From Nymphaea colorata (taxonomy: Eukaryota): DNA of 64,000 nucleotides. Within the stretch, counting starts at the first letter, position 1. Each line of letters starts with the position of its first letter. Location of the stretch: contig NC_045138.2 in NCBI RefSeq assembly GCF_008831285.2, positions 31,558,001 through 31,622,000 on the forward strand. Direction: 5' to 3'. The notes under the pieces were generated by a model. That model had not been told where the DNA came from. It searched no databases and was given only the letters and a program-made list of their open reading frames with translations. Shown one piece after another: positions 52,537 to 64,000 of this stretch. Position numbers and translations under genes: made by a program.

Positions 52537-54693
52537 AAAAGTAAGCCGATAGGAGGAAAAGAAAGAGCTCCGTCATTGAATTGGCTGTGTCGCTTTCATT
52601 TGCTGCTTTTTGCCTTTATCGTTGAAAAAGGCACATCTTGGACTTTGTTTGCATGGAAAGAGGCGAAGGACAATGTATTTGACAGTATCGACGAAGCGCG
52701 TCCCTGCCCACCTTTTTATTTGCTTCTTTACATCATGCATCACTGTCATCAACCTCCATCTCGGCTAGCTAATCAGAAATGCTGTACATGTCGAAACATG
52801 CCCTCCAGTCCAAGATCATCTCTCCACTCCACATCGATCCCCGCTCAGACTTTTTTCCTTCCAAGATAAAGAAAAGAGAAGGATCAAATTGTTCCGGAAC
52901 ATGCGGACAGGAAATCTGAAAACCTGAACTTTGTTGAAATCCCGTTTGCTTTGGTCACCTGACCTTTCACCTTATGTCGCGCATTGATTTTCGGTGTACA
53001 TTTAGAAAGAAAACAGTCACCGGATATGTCTGATGGACGGTTCGACTTTAAATCTGTTTAGTCAAATCTGAAAAAGAAATCTGGAGCTGAATTTGGTATG
53101 TGTGTTTTGTAATTGAATATCAATTCGGCCTGGTAAGAAGTCCGGGGCGGAGCCAGGATTTTCCTTAGGGACGGGCCGACAGTCCAACCTTTGGATCTGG
53201 GTAGGGCCAAATTGAATTCAACTCTAAAAAATACATTACACACTTAAAAAATTATATTTTTTTTAATGTAAAATATTTTTTTTTTCATTTTCCAGGGTGG
53301 GGCCATGGCCTAGGCAGCCCCCCCTTCCCTCTGCCCATGTCCGACTATAATCGAAGGCAGTGGCGGAGCCAGAAATTTTTTGGTGAGAGGACACTTGGGC
53401 ACGCTGGATTCGGGTCCAACTTCTATCACAATGTGAATTTCAATGGGTGGCCACACCAGCGTGCAAGTAGCGACTGGATGACATGTGACTGTTGGACCTT
53501 AAGGAGCTGAATTTGGTTTTAAAAACTAAGGCCTGAATTCAAGTCCTATTTTGATTACACAGAATATGATTAAATCAAATTTAGTAAAAGCAGCTCCTTT
53601 CAACTTGAATTATTCATCTCTATTGGGTTGCCATATTTGTTTAAATAGTTCTTTGATACCCTCGTTAATTATTTACTAAGTTATAACTCATCGCCTATCT
53701 CTCTCAAGGTGAGTAGGAGAAGTGTTTCATCATCTTACCGTATACACTAAAGCTGAAACTCACACCTAATCTCTTGTCCCTTTTAAGATACCTACCATGC
53801 TTTAATATCTCGAGGAAACCACCCTTCCATGCTTCAGTTTTCCCATTGGTGGCCCCTTGTTTGCAGCACAAGGGAGTTGACACTCCGGGGATTCAAAACA
53901 AGAAGTAGCCGCCCAATAGCACTTTCTCTGACCATTGCACCAACTCGTCGGGAAAATTATTTATTTGTTTGATTACTCAAATACTGATCTGGAGTTTGCA
54001 AACTCCAGCTAACCATGCTGCTTATAAGGTTATATTTCAAATTTTGAGAGTGGGTAGGGCTGCAAACTGCTAGAATTCAGGGATACCTTAGTACATTTGG
54101 GTTGGGTGAGATCGAATCCAGTATCATGAAAAAAAAAATGCTAAGAACCCACGTACAAATCCAGCAACCCTAAAATTGGTGGAGTAGAAGAAAGAGCAAA
54201 AGCAAACAACAACAAAATTCAGGACAACTTTATTATGCCTACCAATATCCAACTACTTTTTTCTTAGTCTTAAGTTGAAAAGGGTGCACCATGTCTATCT
54301 CTGATAACAGCGCTTACAACCGAGAGACAGGGAGAATGGTGGAGCCTTTGAACGTTTTTTCTAGACGGCTAAACGAAAGGTTGCTAACCTGCGGCTCACC
54401 TAAAAATTACTGTCAATTATTGTCCCTCTATCTCTCGTCATCGATATAACCACGGTGATTTAGATTTCTGGCGATAGTGCAAGTTTTCATTTGGTAACTG
54501 TAATAATGTTGAGGAAGAAGACACAAAAACGGCAAAGGGCAGTGGGACGTGATCTCGTATCGGTACTTCTTAAGCTACTACTTACAGAATTTTTCAAGCA
54601 TCCATCATGATTCATCTTCAACGCATAAATTTAGATCTACCATTTCAGCTTTATTCGTGTTCCAACTTTGATCTTTCTTACTAATTTCACCTC

Positions 54694-55126
54694 TTGAACT
54701 CGACCAATTATACAGGAGGTTTTGAGGTGTCAGGAATTGAGGCAATGTTATCTAACATGGAGAAAGGTTTCTATTCATGGACTCTGGGCTTTTCTCTTGC
54801 TGCCTTAGGAACCCAAGACCCAAAACTATGCAAAGAATTTCAGGACAGTTTGTTGAGGATGAACGCTGAAGAAGTCATTCCTTTGCTAAGAACAATACTT
54901 CTAACTGATAACAGGGAAGTTCTGCAGAAGGTGTCGGTTCCTTCAACGATCATACAGACCCAAAAGGACATGGTGGTTCCCATCTCTGTGGCCCAATACC
55001 TCCATGAAAACCTTGATGGGGAGAGTCCAGTTGTGATCATCCCCGTTGAAGGACGTACCCCAACTCGCAGCCCCGAAACTGCTCATGAATGCTCTTGAGA
55101 AGGCCTGGGAATATGGGTATGAATAG
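54694..55126 (+). pseudogene. Exon-2-only remnant of a third DLK2/DLK23-like hydrolase (copy C)
   Basis: High nucleotide similarity to exon 2 of copy B. The splice acceptor is absent (tttcacctc precedes TTG AAC), the catalytic His codon reads CGT (Arg), and a 1-nt deletion follows it, with the ancestral frame continuing PQLAAPKLLMNALEKAWEYGYE*. No exon 1 was found upstream. Confidence 0.85.
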
Positions 55127-56581
55127 TCAATTAGATGGTCTGGTTATGTTTTCTAGCCCTTTCCAGTATAAAACTATGCTTGCCACTGATATTGGTTGTT
55201 GATATGGCTGCCATTGTTGAAAACAGTGGATCTGTTTGTTTCTTCAATCGCTCAGACAACAGATGGCATTCAAACTTGAGTCAGAGCCTTCCACTACTTG
55301 AAACCATTCACATTTCTATCTGTGTTTGAAAGTTTGAAACACAGTAATCTTTGCCAATGGAGTTATCAAATTTGTATTTGATTTTTTCTGAGGTCGTTGG
55401 CAATTAATGGGCGGTAGATCATGAAATGGTATACGCTTTTGGTGGTGCTGCGCTAGATGATCTATAGTTTGACCAAACGTCGTATCGTTGTTTGGGCACT
55501 AATAAATTTTAGTGTTAAATGTATTGCATTTTGTTAAAAGCATAATGACAAATAAAGTTTTGGAGTTTTAAATGTAAGGTTTTAATCTTTTTATGAAAAA
55601 GAGAAAAATGGCCAAAATCCTAAAAATAAAATGTGAAAGATGTAAAAATCAAAACATGGTAATTAAAAATGTAAAAAACGTAAAAATTATGAAAAAAAAA
55701 CTAGTCTTTTCAAATTTTTTTGTTTTTGGTTTTTTTTTAATATTTTTCCCTTTTTCCTGCCGACTTGTTTTTAATATGTTTAGTATATTTTTTATTTTTT
55801 TTCAAAAAGGTATATCTTCTGTGGCTATGATTAGATGTACACTAGTCAACTATACATACAGCTCTTTTTCTCTTTTTCTCTCTCTTACATTTTCATTTTA
55901 TCGGCTCTCTCTTTTTATATATATATATATATTAAAATCACTTAGCCATCTAATCATGGTCATCTGATTCATTGTGATGAATGGTTAACAGAAAAACATA
56001 AAGTAAGACTTCATGTTTTTGTCTTAAACATCCACTTAATATCTGTTTAGATGGCTAGGTGATTCTGAATAACAAAGGTCAACTATATATATATATATAT
56101 ATATATAGATATATATATATATATATATATATATATCATCTTTTTTTTCCTTTTTACAAGTATTTATTCTGCCTTAACATTGATGAATTCTAGGAGGGAC
56201 ACGGAAACTAATGAATAATCTCAAAATGACTGGTTTTACTCCAGCGAATCGAGTTTGCTAGTGTTTCACAAACCTAGTTGTCTTTTTCCATACTCAAGAC
56301 ATAAGTTCAAACTAGTACTCACTGGTGGTAAGCTCATTATATTGATTAATTTAGAGACAAGTTTTTTGTGATACAAAGGTCTTCGATCCTTTTCATCTCC
56401 AATCCTTCCACATATATGTAAATTGCATATCAAAAGGTGTAGTTATAAAGCCACTTCAGGTATTTTTAACATCAAAAACACATGTATGCGTGCCTTAATT
56501 TCTCTAATTATTAAGAAGCTTACAAATAATATCTTCTAAAGGGGCTTAGGCTAAAAATCTTAAAAAGGTTCTGGGTAGGAC

Positions 56582-56631
<50 letters not shown>

Positions 56632-58164
56632 AATCATAGTTTCAGTATCCACATCTTAGATTTGAATTGTATCCTATTTGTAGCATATTTCAAGAACAGT
56701 CTATTTAATTTCAATTAATTTTCTTATATCTAGTAAATACCCACATAGCTTTTTCATTACTTGCATGATCGGCTCTAATTTCTAAGGTTCACTTGTGTGT
56801 TAAGAGTTACACCATTACAAGTGGAATGTCATAACAAATAACTTGCTTCGCTCGGCTCTTACATAATTCTAAACACTATATATTCCAGTCAGTGGAGAAT
56901 CAAGGGCAGAAAATTTTTAATAATGAATATTCAAATATTTTTCTTAATTAAGTTCAACGCACACTTCTTCAATTCCTCATGAGCTTCATGCAATTAAGAC
57001 TCAAAAGCTAGATATGAATGGATGCGTTATGCTGCTGCCGGTCTACTCACCATACTCCACAAGAGAAGGCAGCAGGGGCGGAAGGAGGGGGGTAAAAAAA
57101 ATACATTAAAAAATTGAAAATTTTTAGTTGCGTAATGTATTTTTTGGATTCGAGTTTAGTTTGGCCCAACCCGAATAAATCAGTTGAACCTTTTGGCTCT
57201 AGAAGGCATGCAGTATTTGCTTTTACTTGTGTGGAAATGATTTTTTGATGAATCTCATTTTAGTCAATTTTTTTGTCACTAATTTCAAAAGAAGGCCTCG
57301 TGTTCATTAATTTCGTGGTGTTGGTAAACTAATGTTTGTGGAGGGGGTTCTCCTAAAAATTAGGGAAGCGCAATATCCAAATATTATAAAATATAAAGGA
57401 GTTTATTCATGGAATCAGGGGCTTCTATTTTATATGTAAATTTTAAAAAATTTCACTTATCCTATATAAAAATTTTGAAACTATAATTTGGCTCCTCTCA
57501 TCAAAAATTTTTGGATCCGTCCTTGCTTGAAATCAATTGCAAGTTGTCGCATGAAGGCGATTTTTCTAATATTTATTAGGAAACAAAAGTGCAATTTCAA
57601 AGATGAGCTGAAGCATGAGAAAAGAAGTGAGGAGCTCTTGCTCTTGTTCCTTCCATCGAGAGAAGCATGAAATACTGTGTTACATGGTTCCATGAATCCG
57701 CCTCAATTTATAAGCTAGTTTCACTGGAAAGTAACAATTTGTCACTTGTTTGAATAGTATTCTCAAGCAGATGGAGACATGACATGTGCATCTTGTTTTC
57801 AAGCTCCTAAACAGTAGATTTTGGAAAAGGGTGGAGACTCCCAAAATTAATGGGTAGGAACAAATCATCCTTTATGTTTCATCATAAAATTTCAAGTACT
57901 TTTATACATAGATAAACACCAGTATATTATGAAGAAAAAAGATTGACATCATCACTTCTTTTGCAGTTTAGTTTTGGAAAACCATCCCTCTTGTTTTATG
58001 TCCAAAATTAATCAACCACAATTCAGGCTATATTTTTCAGAGCAGGTTATGGCCCACGACATGCTACGAGCTTGAAATGACCAAAACACCCTTATTGGCT
58101 AAATGGAAGACCCTCCCATATAAGGGCAAAAGTTGTTGGGTCAAATATTAACCCTTCAAAAAAT

Positions 58165-58438
58165 GCGGCCTAGTTCAACATCCAAAAACCAGCCCAGGCC
58201 TGGCCTAACTCGAAAAACTCAAGCCCGAGCCTGGCCCGAAGAAATTTAAAAATATATTTTTAATATAAAATAATTATAATTAATTATAATAAAAGATTAT
58301 AATTATATATATAATTAATTAAAATTTTTAAAAACCAATTATTGAACCCGAATCAGGCTCATTCAGGTCGGGTCCCTTTTTCCCGAGCCTGAGTCGAGCC
58401 AAGTACCAGGTACCTAATGGGGGCCCATGCCCAACTTA
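58165..58438. mobile_element. Degenerate member of the GGGCATCGGGC MITE family
   Basis: gcccgagcctggcccg repeats, AT-rich core, agtaccaggtacc motif shared with 50032-50156, ends atgcccaactta. Confidence 0.6.
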
Positions 58439-60135
58439 GTTATGTTGTAAGAGAATGGGCATGAAACCGCTCCTTCCCCAATGACATGAAGGCAGCATTT
58501 TAATATGCCGAGCAGCAGTATTAAACTTGGATTTGGAATTTTTACCTCAACTTCTTTCTCAACTTCCACATATCGTTTGGATAACACCCTCGAAAAATGG
58601 TGTAACATAAAAACCAGTTTTATTAGCCTGAATCAGCCGATTGGATTCAAATCGGTTCTTTACTGATTGCTTCGAAGGCCGATAATCCCCATAAAAACCG
58701 GGTCATTTTTCTTAAGAATGGGGGTGGTGCTTCCACACCATTCTTTTAGGTCGCATTTTGTTTCACCACAGATTTGAGATCCGTCATGATTTGTGACCCT
58801 TAAGATTTCAGATTCATGAATTTAAAGTCGAACCTTCCCAACACAACCCACTCCTTTTCTCTTCTCCCTCTTTCAATCTGATCATAAATCCACGATTTTT
58901 AACATGTAGGAGGATGAATTTAAAATCCATGTTATTGAGATTTTCAGTGGAGGTCTCTCAAAACACACCTTTTTATGTAGCTTCGAAGGGCTGCATGGCC
59001 CTGCCCCTACCTCAAAATTGTTTTTTTTTAATTTATATGTAAATTTTAGAAAAATTTTATTTGTCCTATATAAAAATTTTGAAAAATAATATTTCAGCCC
59101 GTATCAAAATTTAAAAACTTTAATTTGACCCCCCTCATAAAAAATTTCTGACTCCCACCTGGTTTCATACAACCCAGTCCCAGCTTATTTCAGATGTACA
59201 TAGGAAAGGATGACCAAAGCTTTACAAAAAGCCCATCAACTTTTTTCTTCATAAAATGAACCATACAATAAGTTTTAATTTAGTCCGTTAAACCTCAAAT
59301 AATAACAGGTTCTACATGTAAGTTTAAAAAAGAAGTTGCTAGCAGGTGCAAACCACGTTAAAGTGTGTTTATTGTGTTATGTTATTTTTTTAAATGTTTT
59401 TCTTCCTTTTTCTGATTGATGTTTTAATTGCTTAATATTTTAAATTTTTAAATTTAAAATATACATTTAATCAAATCCAATTCACAAACAACTCCAATTC
59501 CCTTTCTATTCAAAAACCGATTTTGATAACATTGGTAAAAAAAAAACAGGTTTTAGAAAAGTAAAGTAATCTTTAAAAACTGTGTTTTTGTGCTCGGGTG
59601 ACAGTTTTCTCTGAGAAAACTGGAGGGGGAAAGTTTTTCACGCAAACCCTTCATAAGAAGTGAGTTTTAGTAGAACCTGAATTTGCCAGTAAACACACCT
59701 AGAACTGGGTTTCAGAGGCAAACCTGCATTTTCATGCCTCCAAGACCCAATTTTAGATTGCCATCCAAACAGCCTCATGAACAATTTCTGGGTTTTTCGC
59801 ACTTCAACAAGAGCACTCGCGTCGATCCGAAAGTACAAGCGCAATGTTTTGCATTTGCAACAATCCATTACCAACAATATTATAATCCAAGTAAGCAAGA
59901 AGATTACGACCCACCACCCAGAAAAGAACCTTGAAAGTCTCCCTGTCCCTTCAATTCCTTCTCTAATCGAGGTCCTGGTTTGCATTGACATCATCTATAG
60001 AAGTAGTAAACCCTTCAACTTAGGTATTGTATCCCACCACTCAAGACGCAGAGTACAACGTCCACAAGAATGGATAATGCGTTCAGGATCCCAAAATAAG
60101 GAGAATCAACTTTCCATGTGATTTAAGAATCAATC

Positions 60136-60505
60136 CTATGTCACATGAGTGTGGGGTGTTGGTGCGGATACGAATGTAGATGCCGGCATCGCGTATCCCA
60201 AAAAAATTGGGTGTAAGAATGATGCAAAGAGGGTTTGTATATATATAATATATTTATTATATATATATATATGTATGTATTTATAATATATATACTTTTA
60301 ACTTGTTTCTTAGCTTAATCTATCTTTTTTTTTTACTTTTATTACTATACATAAAGAATGAAAGGGACAGAAAAGAAAAAAAATAGAAAATATTTTAAAC
60401 ATGCATAACAAAAGAAGCGGTCGGGGAGCCACCTGTATATGCACCAACACCAACATCGTGTCGACACGGGTGCGGCCCCTTTTTTAAAGAATTTGTGTGA
60501 CATAG
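60136..60505. mobile_element. hAT-type MITE, CTATGTCAC-TIR family
   Basis: TIRs ctatgtcaca...tgtgacatag with a perfect 8-bp TSD aatcaatc on both sides. Confidence 0.85.
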
Positions 60506-60917
60506 AATCAATCATCAAGTTCACAAGAATGTTGTTATTGACGAGATATGATCTTGAACCTGCCAGATGTGCATGGAGAAGCTATTGTTGCTTTAGATTA
60601 TGAACAGTCATGGAGAATTGAACCCTCTATCAAAGTTGTCTACAATCTAATAATGATCAAATATGAAATTTTAACTTGAATCTTGATCATCTTTCTAATT
60701 AAGATAATTAACACATTAATGAAAATTAATTCTAAGTTTGTATGACTATTTCAATTTGTAAAACATAATTCAACCGTGTGGGAGGAAAGTTGGAGGGCGT
60801 ATATCTAATTTTAGCCCCTCAAATTTGATCCACGGTTTACCAAAATACCAAATCAGATTTCTTATTTTTTTTTTAGTGACTTCCTTCTTCCACTATGCAT
60901 TGGAAAGCAACTAAGAT

Positions 60918-61162
60918 GAAGTCTTCTGGGCATCGGGCTGGCTCGACACCCAAAACCCAAGCCTGGGTTCGGGCTGGCCCAACACCCGAAACCTAGCCAG
61001 GACCCAGCCCAATTAAATTAAAAATTATATTTGTTAATATATAATAATATATAAATATAATTAATCATAATAAATTATATATATATATACATTAATAAAA
61101 TAAATATTAAAATTTTCCAGGCCCGAGTCAGGCCAGGTAGCCCGGCCTGGTGCCGAGCCTTA
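60918..61162. mobile_element. hAT-type MITE, GGGCATCGGGC family
   Basis: GC-rich cgggc/gcccg subterminal repeats around an AT-rich core; perfect 8-bp TSD actaagat (60910-60917, 61163-61170). Confidence 0.8.
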
Positions 61163-61854
61163 ACTAAGATCAATGAAAATGTACCCAAATGGACTGGCAA
61201 AGTGGGTGGGGTGGAGGTTGGTAAGCGGTCTTTTTTCGTGGCGTCAACCCTTTATACTATGAAAGAAGAGAGCAACAATATACAAGTTGAAGCATAGCGA
61301 AAACATGCATGGTACCTAGAGAAATGGGGGAAGGGTCGGGGCTTTAGTTCTCAAATGGGCGGTATGATGAAATACTTCTGCTACTCACTTAGAACTAATA
61401 TTTTAAAAAACACATTTTCATATTTCAATTAAACACTTCTCATTTTGAATTATGATTTGAGAGATGATTATTTTTCTCATTTGCCGATCAAACCATATTC
61501 ACCATCGCATAATTTTATAGGAAGAAGGGATCTTTCTCAATCCATTCAGGTTAGCGACGTGAATGAAATGTGCCTTTTGAGATGTGTGATCTTGGGATTC
61601 AATTAGGATTCAAGCAAGGAAAAGGAGCATTATCTCAGTCCAGAAGCAAAGACAACCCCAACCTCGCTTCCTTTTTTGGGTGAGCAGGAAGAGAATCCCA
61701 TAGGCCATAGGCCACCTACTTGATAGCCAAAACTCTTATCTTTTTCCTTACCCGAATTCTAGGGCTATGTCGGCACCTTAAGTGTGCCCCCGCATTGTGT
61801 GTTAACTATTGCATGGCTGATAAATCCAAGATGTCAAATCTTTATCTCTGATTA

Positions 61855-62040
61855 CAGGGGCGAATCCAAGGTAGAGTTTGCATGGGCACCTAGTACCACC
61901 TCAAATTTTTTTTAATTTTTATGTAAATTTTAGAAAATTTTACTTGTTTTATATCAAAATTTTGAAAAATGATATTTCGGTCCTAATCAAAATTTAGAAA
62001 CTTTAATTATGCCCCCCTCATAAAAAAAATTTGGCAGTGA
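61855..62040. mobile_element. CAGGGGCGGA-type short dispersed element (probably hAT-derived); representative copy
   Basis: Core tatgtaaattttagaaaatt...aaaatttttgaaaaatgatattt...tcaaaattta.aaactttaa recurs at ~28875-29062, ~48975-49150, ~51216-51397 (reverse), ~57420-57525 and ~58985-59160; related pieces at ~46360-46530, ~53140-53340 and ~57073-57200. Confidence 0.7.
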
Positions 62041-62974
62041 TTATATATTTCACATGGATTTCAATTTAGTTATTTTACTAAATACCAAATCCCAATCATA
62101 TTAATAACTGAATCTAAATTGATTTATCAAATCACACTCTGGCATTACTAACAAAATACGAACCTACACATTTCAGAAAGAAAAAAAATCTTCATCGGAA
62201 AGTGGTGAAAGGGAAAGCAGACATGGGAAGACCACATGAGACCAGTGCTAATGTAATTAACGTATCAAACAGCTTTGGCCGATATATATCATGTCCTCTT
62301 CTTATTGATACAGTCCAGATCATTACCGGTTTATATTTTAATTTTAAAAACATTTCAAGTAAATTTTAATTTTCAAGTGTATTTTTGTTATGCTTCAACT
62401 TACATATATTCACAACACAAAATTAAATTAACATATCTTTTAAGTAGCATTGACCTTTATTGTCCACCATTGAGCAAGGGTCTATTTTATTTTTTTTTAA
62501 GATCAATTTTAATGAAAAGATATAATTATAAATCCTCTTGTTCGAAAATAATTGAAAAAGTTGAGCACCTATTTAACGTCCTTTAACAGTAAGGTGACAT
62601 TTCTTCATTTTATCTTTTTTTTTCTCTTCACCAAATTGTTGTTATTATTATTATTATAAATTTATTTATTTATATACGCGAACATGGTCACCAAAATCAT
62701 GTTCACATATTTACTATTTATTTTTCTTTTGTAAAAAGTAAATTTCCGCACACAATAGTAAAAAAGAAAAAGTAAACGAATAGAAGTGTAATATATTATG
62801 ATGCCACTTGCTTCCTTTACCGTTCAACATTGTTGGACCATTTTATAAATACTTTGAGGATAATAGTTTTTGTCATTTTAATCATAAAATTTAATTTTTA
62901 AGGATATTGGTGTAATTTCGATTTTCAAAAATAGGAATAAAAGACAAAGAAATTAACGTCTCTGTCTGAAATGT

Positions 62975-63440
62975 CACTCGCCACCGTCACTCACTCACTC
63001 TCTCTCTCTCCCTCTCTTCTTCCCTTTGTCCACGGCGATTCTACTGTTCAGACAGAAGAGGGGAAGAGAGGAAGCATTGCGGTTAGAAGAGAGACGACAA
63101 AACGATCGGAGCTCTTTCTTCTGTTTCGGTCCACTCACACGCTACGGTGAGTTCGCCGGCGGCTCGGATTGTCGTTGTTTTCCGCTCCGGGAGTAGTTCC
63201 GTCCGATTCCATCAGCACTCGGTGAAATCTGGTTTCAAATTGGTAAAATTTTAGCCCGGCATCTCTACGAACTTCGAGGATCTAGTTTGGTTTCTGGTTC
63301 TGGTTGTTAAATCAGCTCGGGTTCGAGCTGTGCATTTGAACCGTTTTCTTCTAGTCGTCACAAAGACCCGTGATCTTGCGTGTTTCTGGTGGTTTTGTAG
63401 TGAATTCGTTTCTGTGCTTCTTAGGATCGACATGGTAAGT
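62975..63440 (+). promoter_or_regulatory. Probable 5' end (UTR exon and first intron) of an unidentified gene continuing beyond the window
   Basis: CT-rich TSS-like tract, donor acg|gtgagt at 63147, acceptor tgcttcttag at 63424 and a second donor atg|gtaagt at 63435. Confidence 0.5.
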
Positions 63441-64000
63441 GTCTTTCCTTTAAAGTATAGTAAAGACCGTCAGTTTTGAGCGTGAAACTGAAGCTGGGGT
63501 TTTTTGTGTTCAAGCGCCGTTAGTCTGTGAATTCAAGACGCCATGCGGCCCCGACGTTGTTCCTGTTGCCATAGGGCATTTTGGGTCCACTTTTTTATGA
63601 TGCAGTGCTAAGTAGAGAAACAGCTCATCGAGCTCTTGAGCAGGAGAAATTCATTGTTTCTTCCCTTTGTTCTTGTACTGTATTTGTGGTTTTATTTGAT
63701 TGTGGAGTTACGTAAAGTGTTATTTTCTAAGGAATGACGCTGCAGTTACTGAGTGTGCTACTTAGGTTGATGAATAATCTTACTGAAAATCCTCTACTAT
63801 TGGGGATTGGAGAGAGTTTACTTATTTTGATTGCTCAATTTACTATTTCGTTTCAATGATCAACGAAGTTCAGTACTTCTGGGAGCCTCTCTATAATCGA
63901 CCTGAATCCTGAATGGAAATAACGATAAATGTAAAGGATGCTGGCATTACCTTTAAGTTCAAAATCATGTAACTGGTCGTTGCGACGTTACACGTTTTTT

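Noticed and set aside
54280..54690. Possible organellar insertion upstream of the pseudogene
   Set aside because: No recognisable plastid or mitochondrial gene sequence; a BLAST search would be needed.

Overview
AT-rich, intron-containing plant nuclear DNA (flowering plant; species not determinable from the sequence). It holds the 3' three coding exons of a VIN3-like PHD/FNIII/VID gene (VIL1/VRN5 type, +), a complete 4-exon VPS55 gene (+) and a complete 15-exon HCF101 chloroplast [4Fe-4S] scaffold gene (+) that needs one GC-AG intron. A local cluster of KAI2/D14-family alpha/beta-hydrolases of DLK2/DLK23 type follows: two intact, divergently transcribed 2-exon genes and an exon-2-only pseudogene. 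The likely 5' UTR of another gene starts at the right edge. Intergenic DNA carries many short non-autonomous elements (hAT-type MITEs, four with 8-bp TSDs, two copies of a tiny TRIM retroelement, a SINE-like piece) and microsatellites. The most notable items are an ~11-residue loop deletion shared by both intact hydrolases and a ~1.05-kb fold-back (arms ~470 bp) lying between them. All calls come from manual reading and remembered protein families; no searches were run. I found no clear new multi-gene system.
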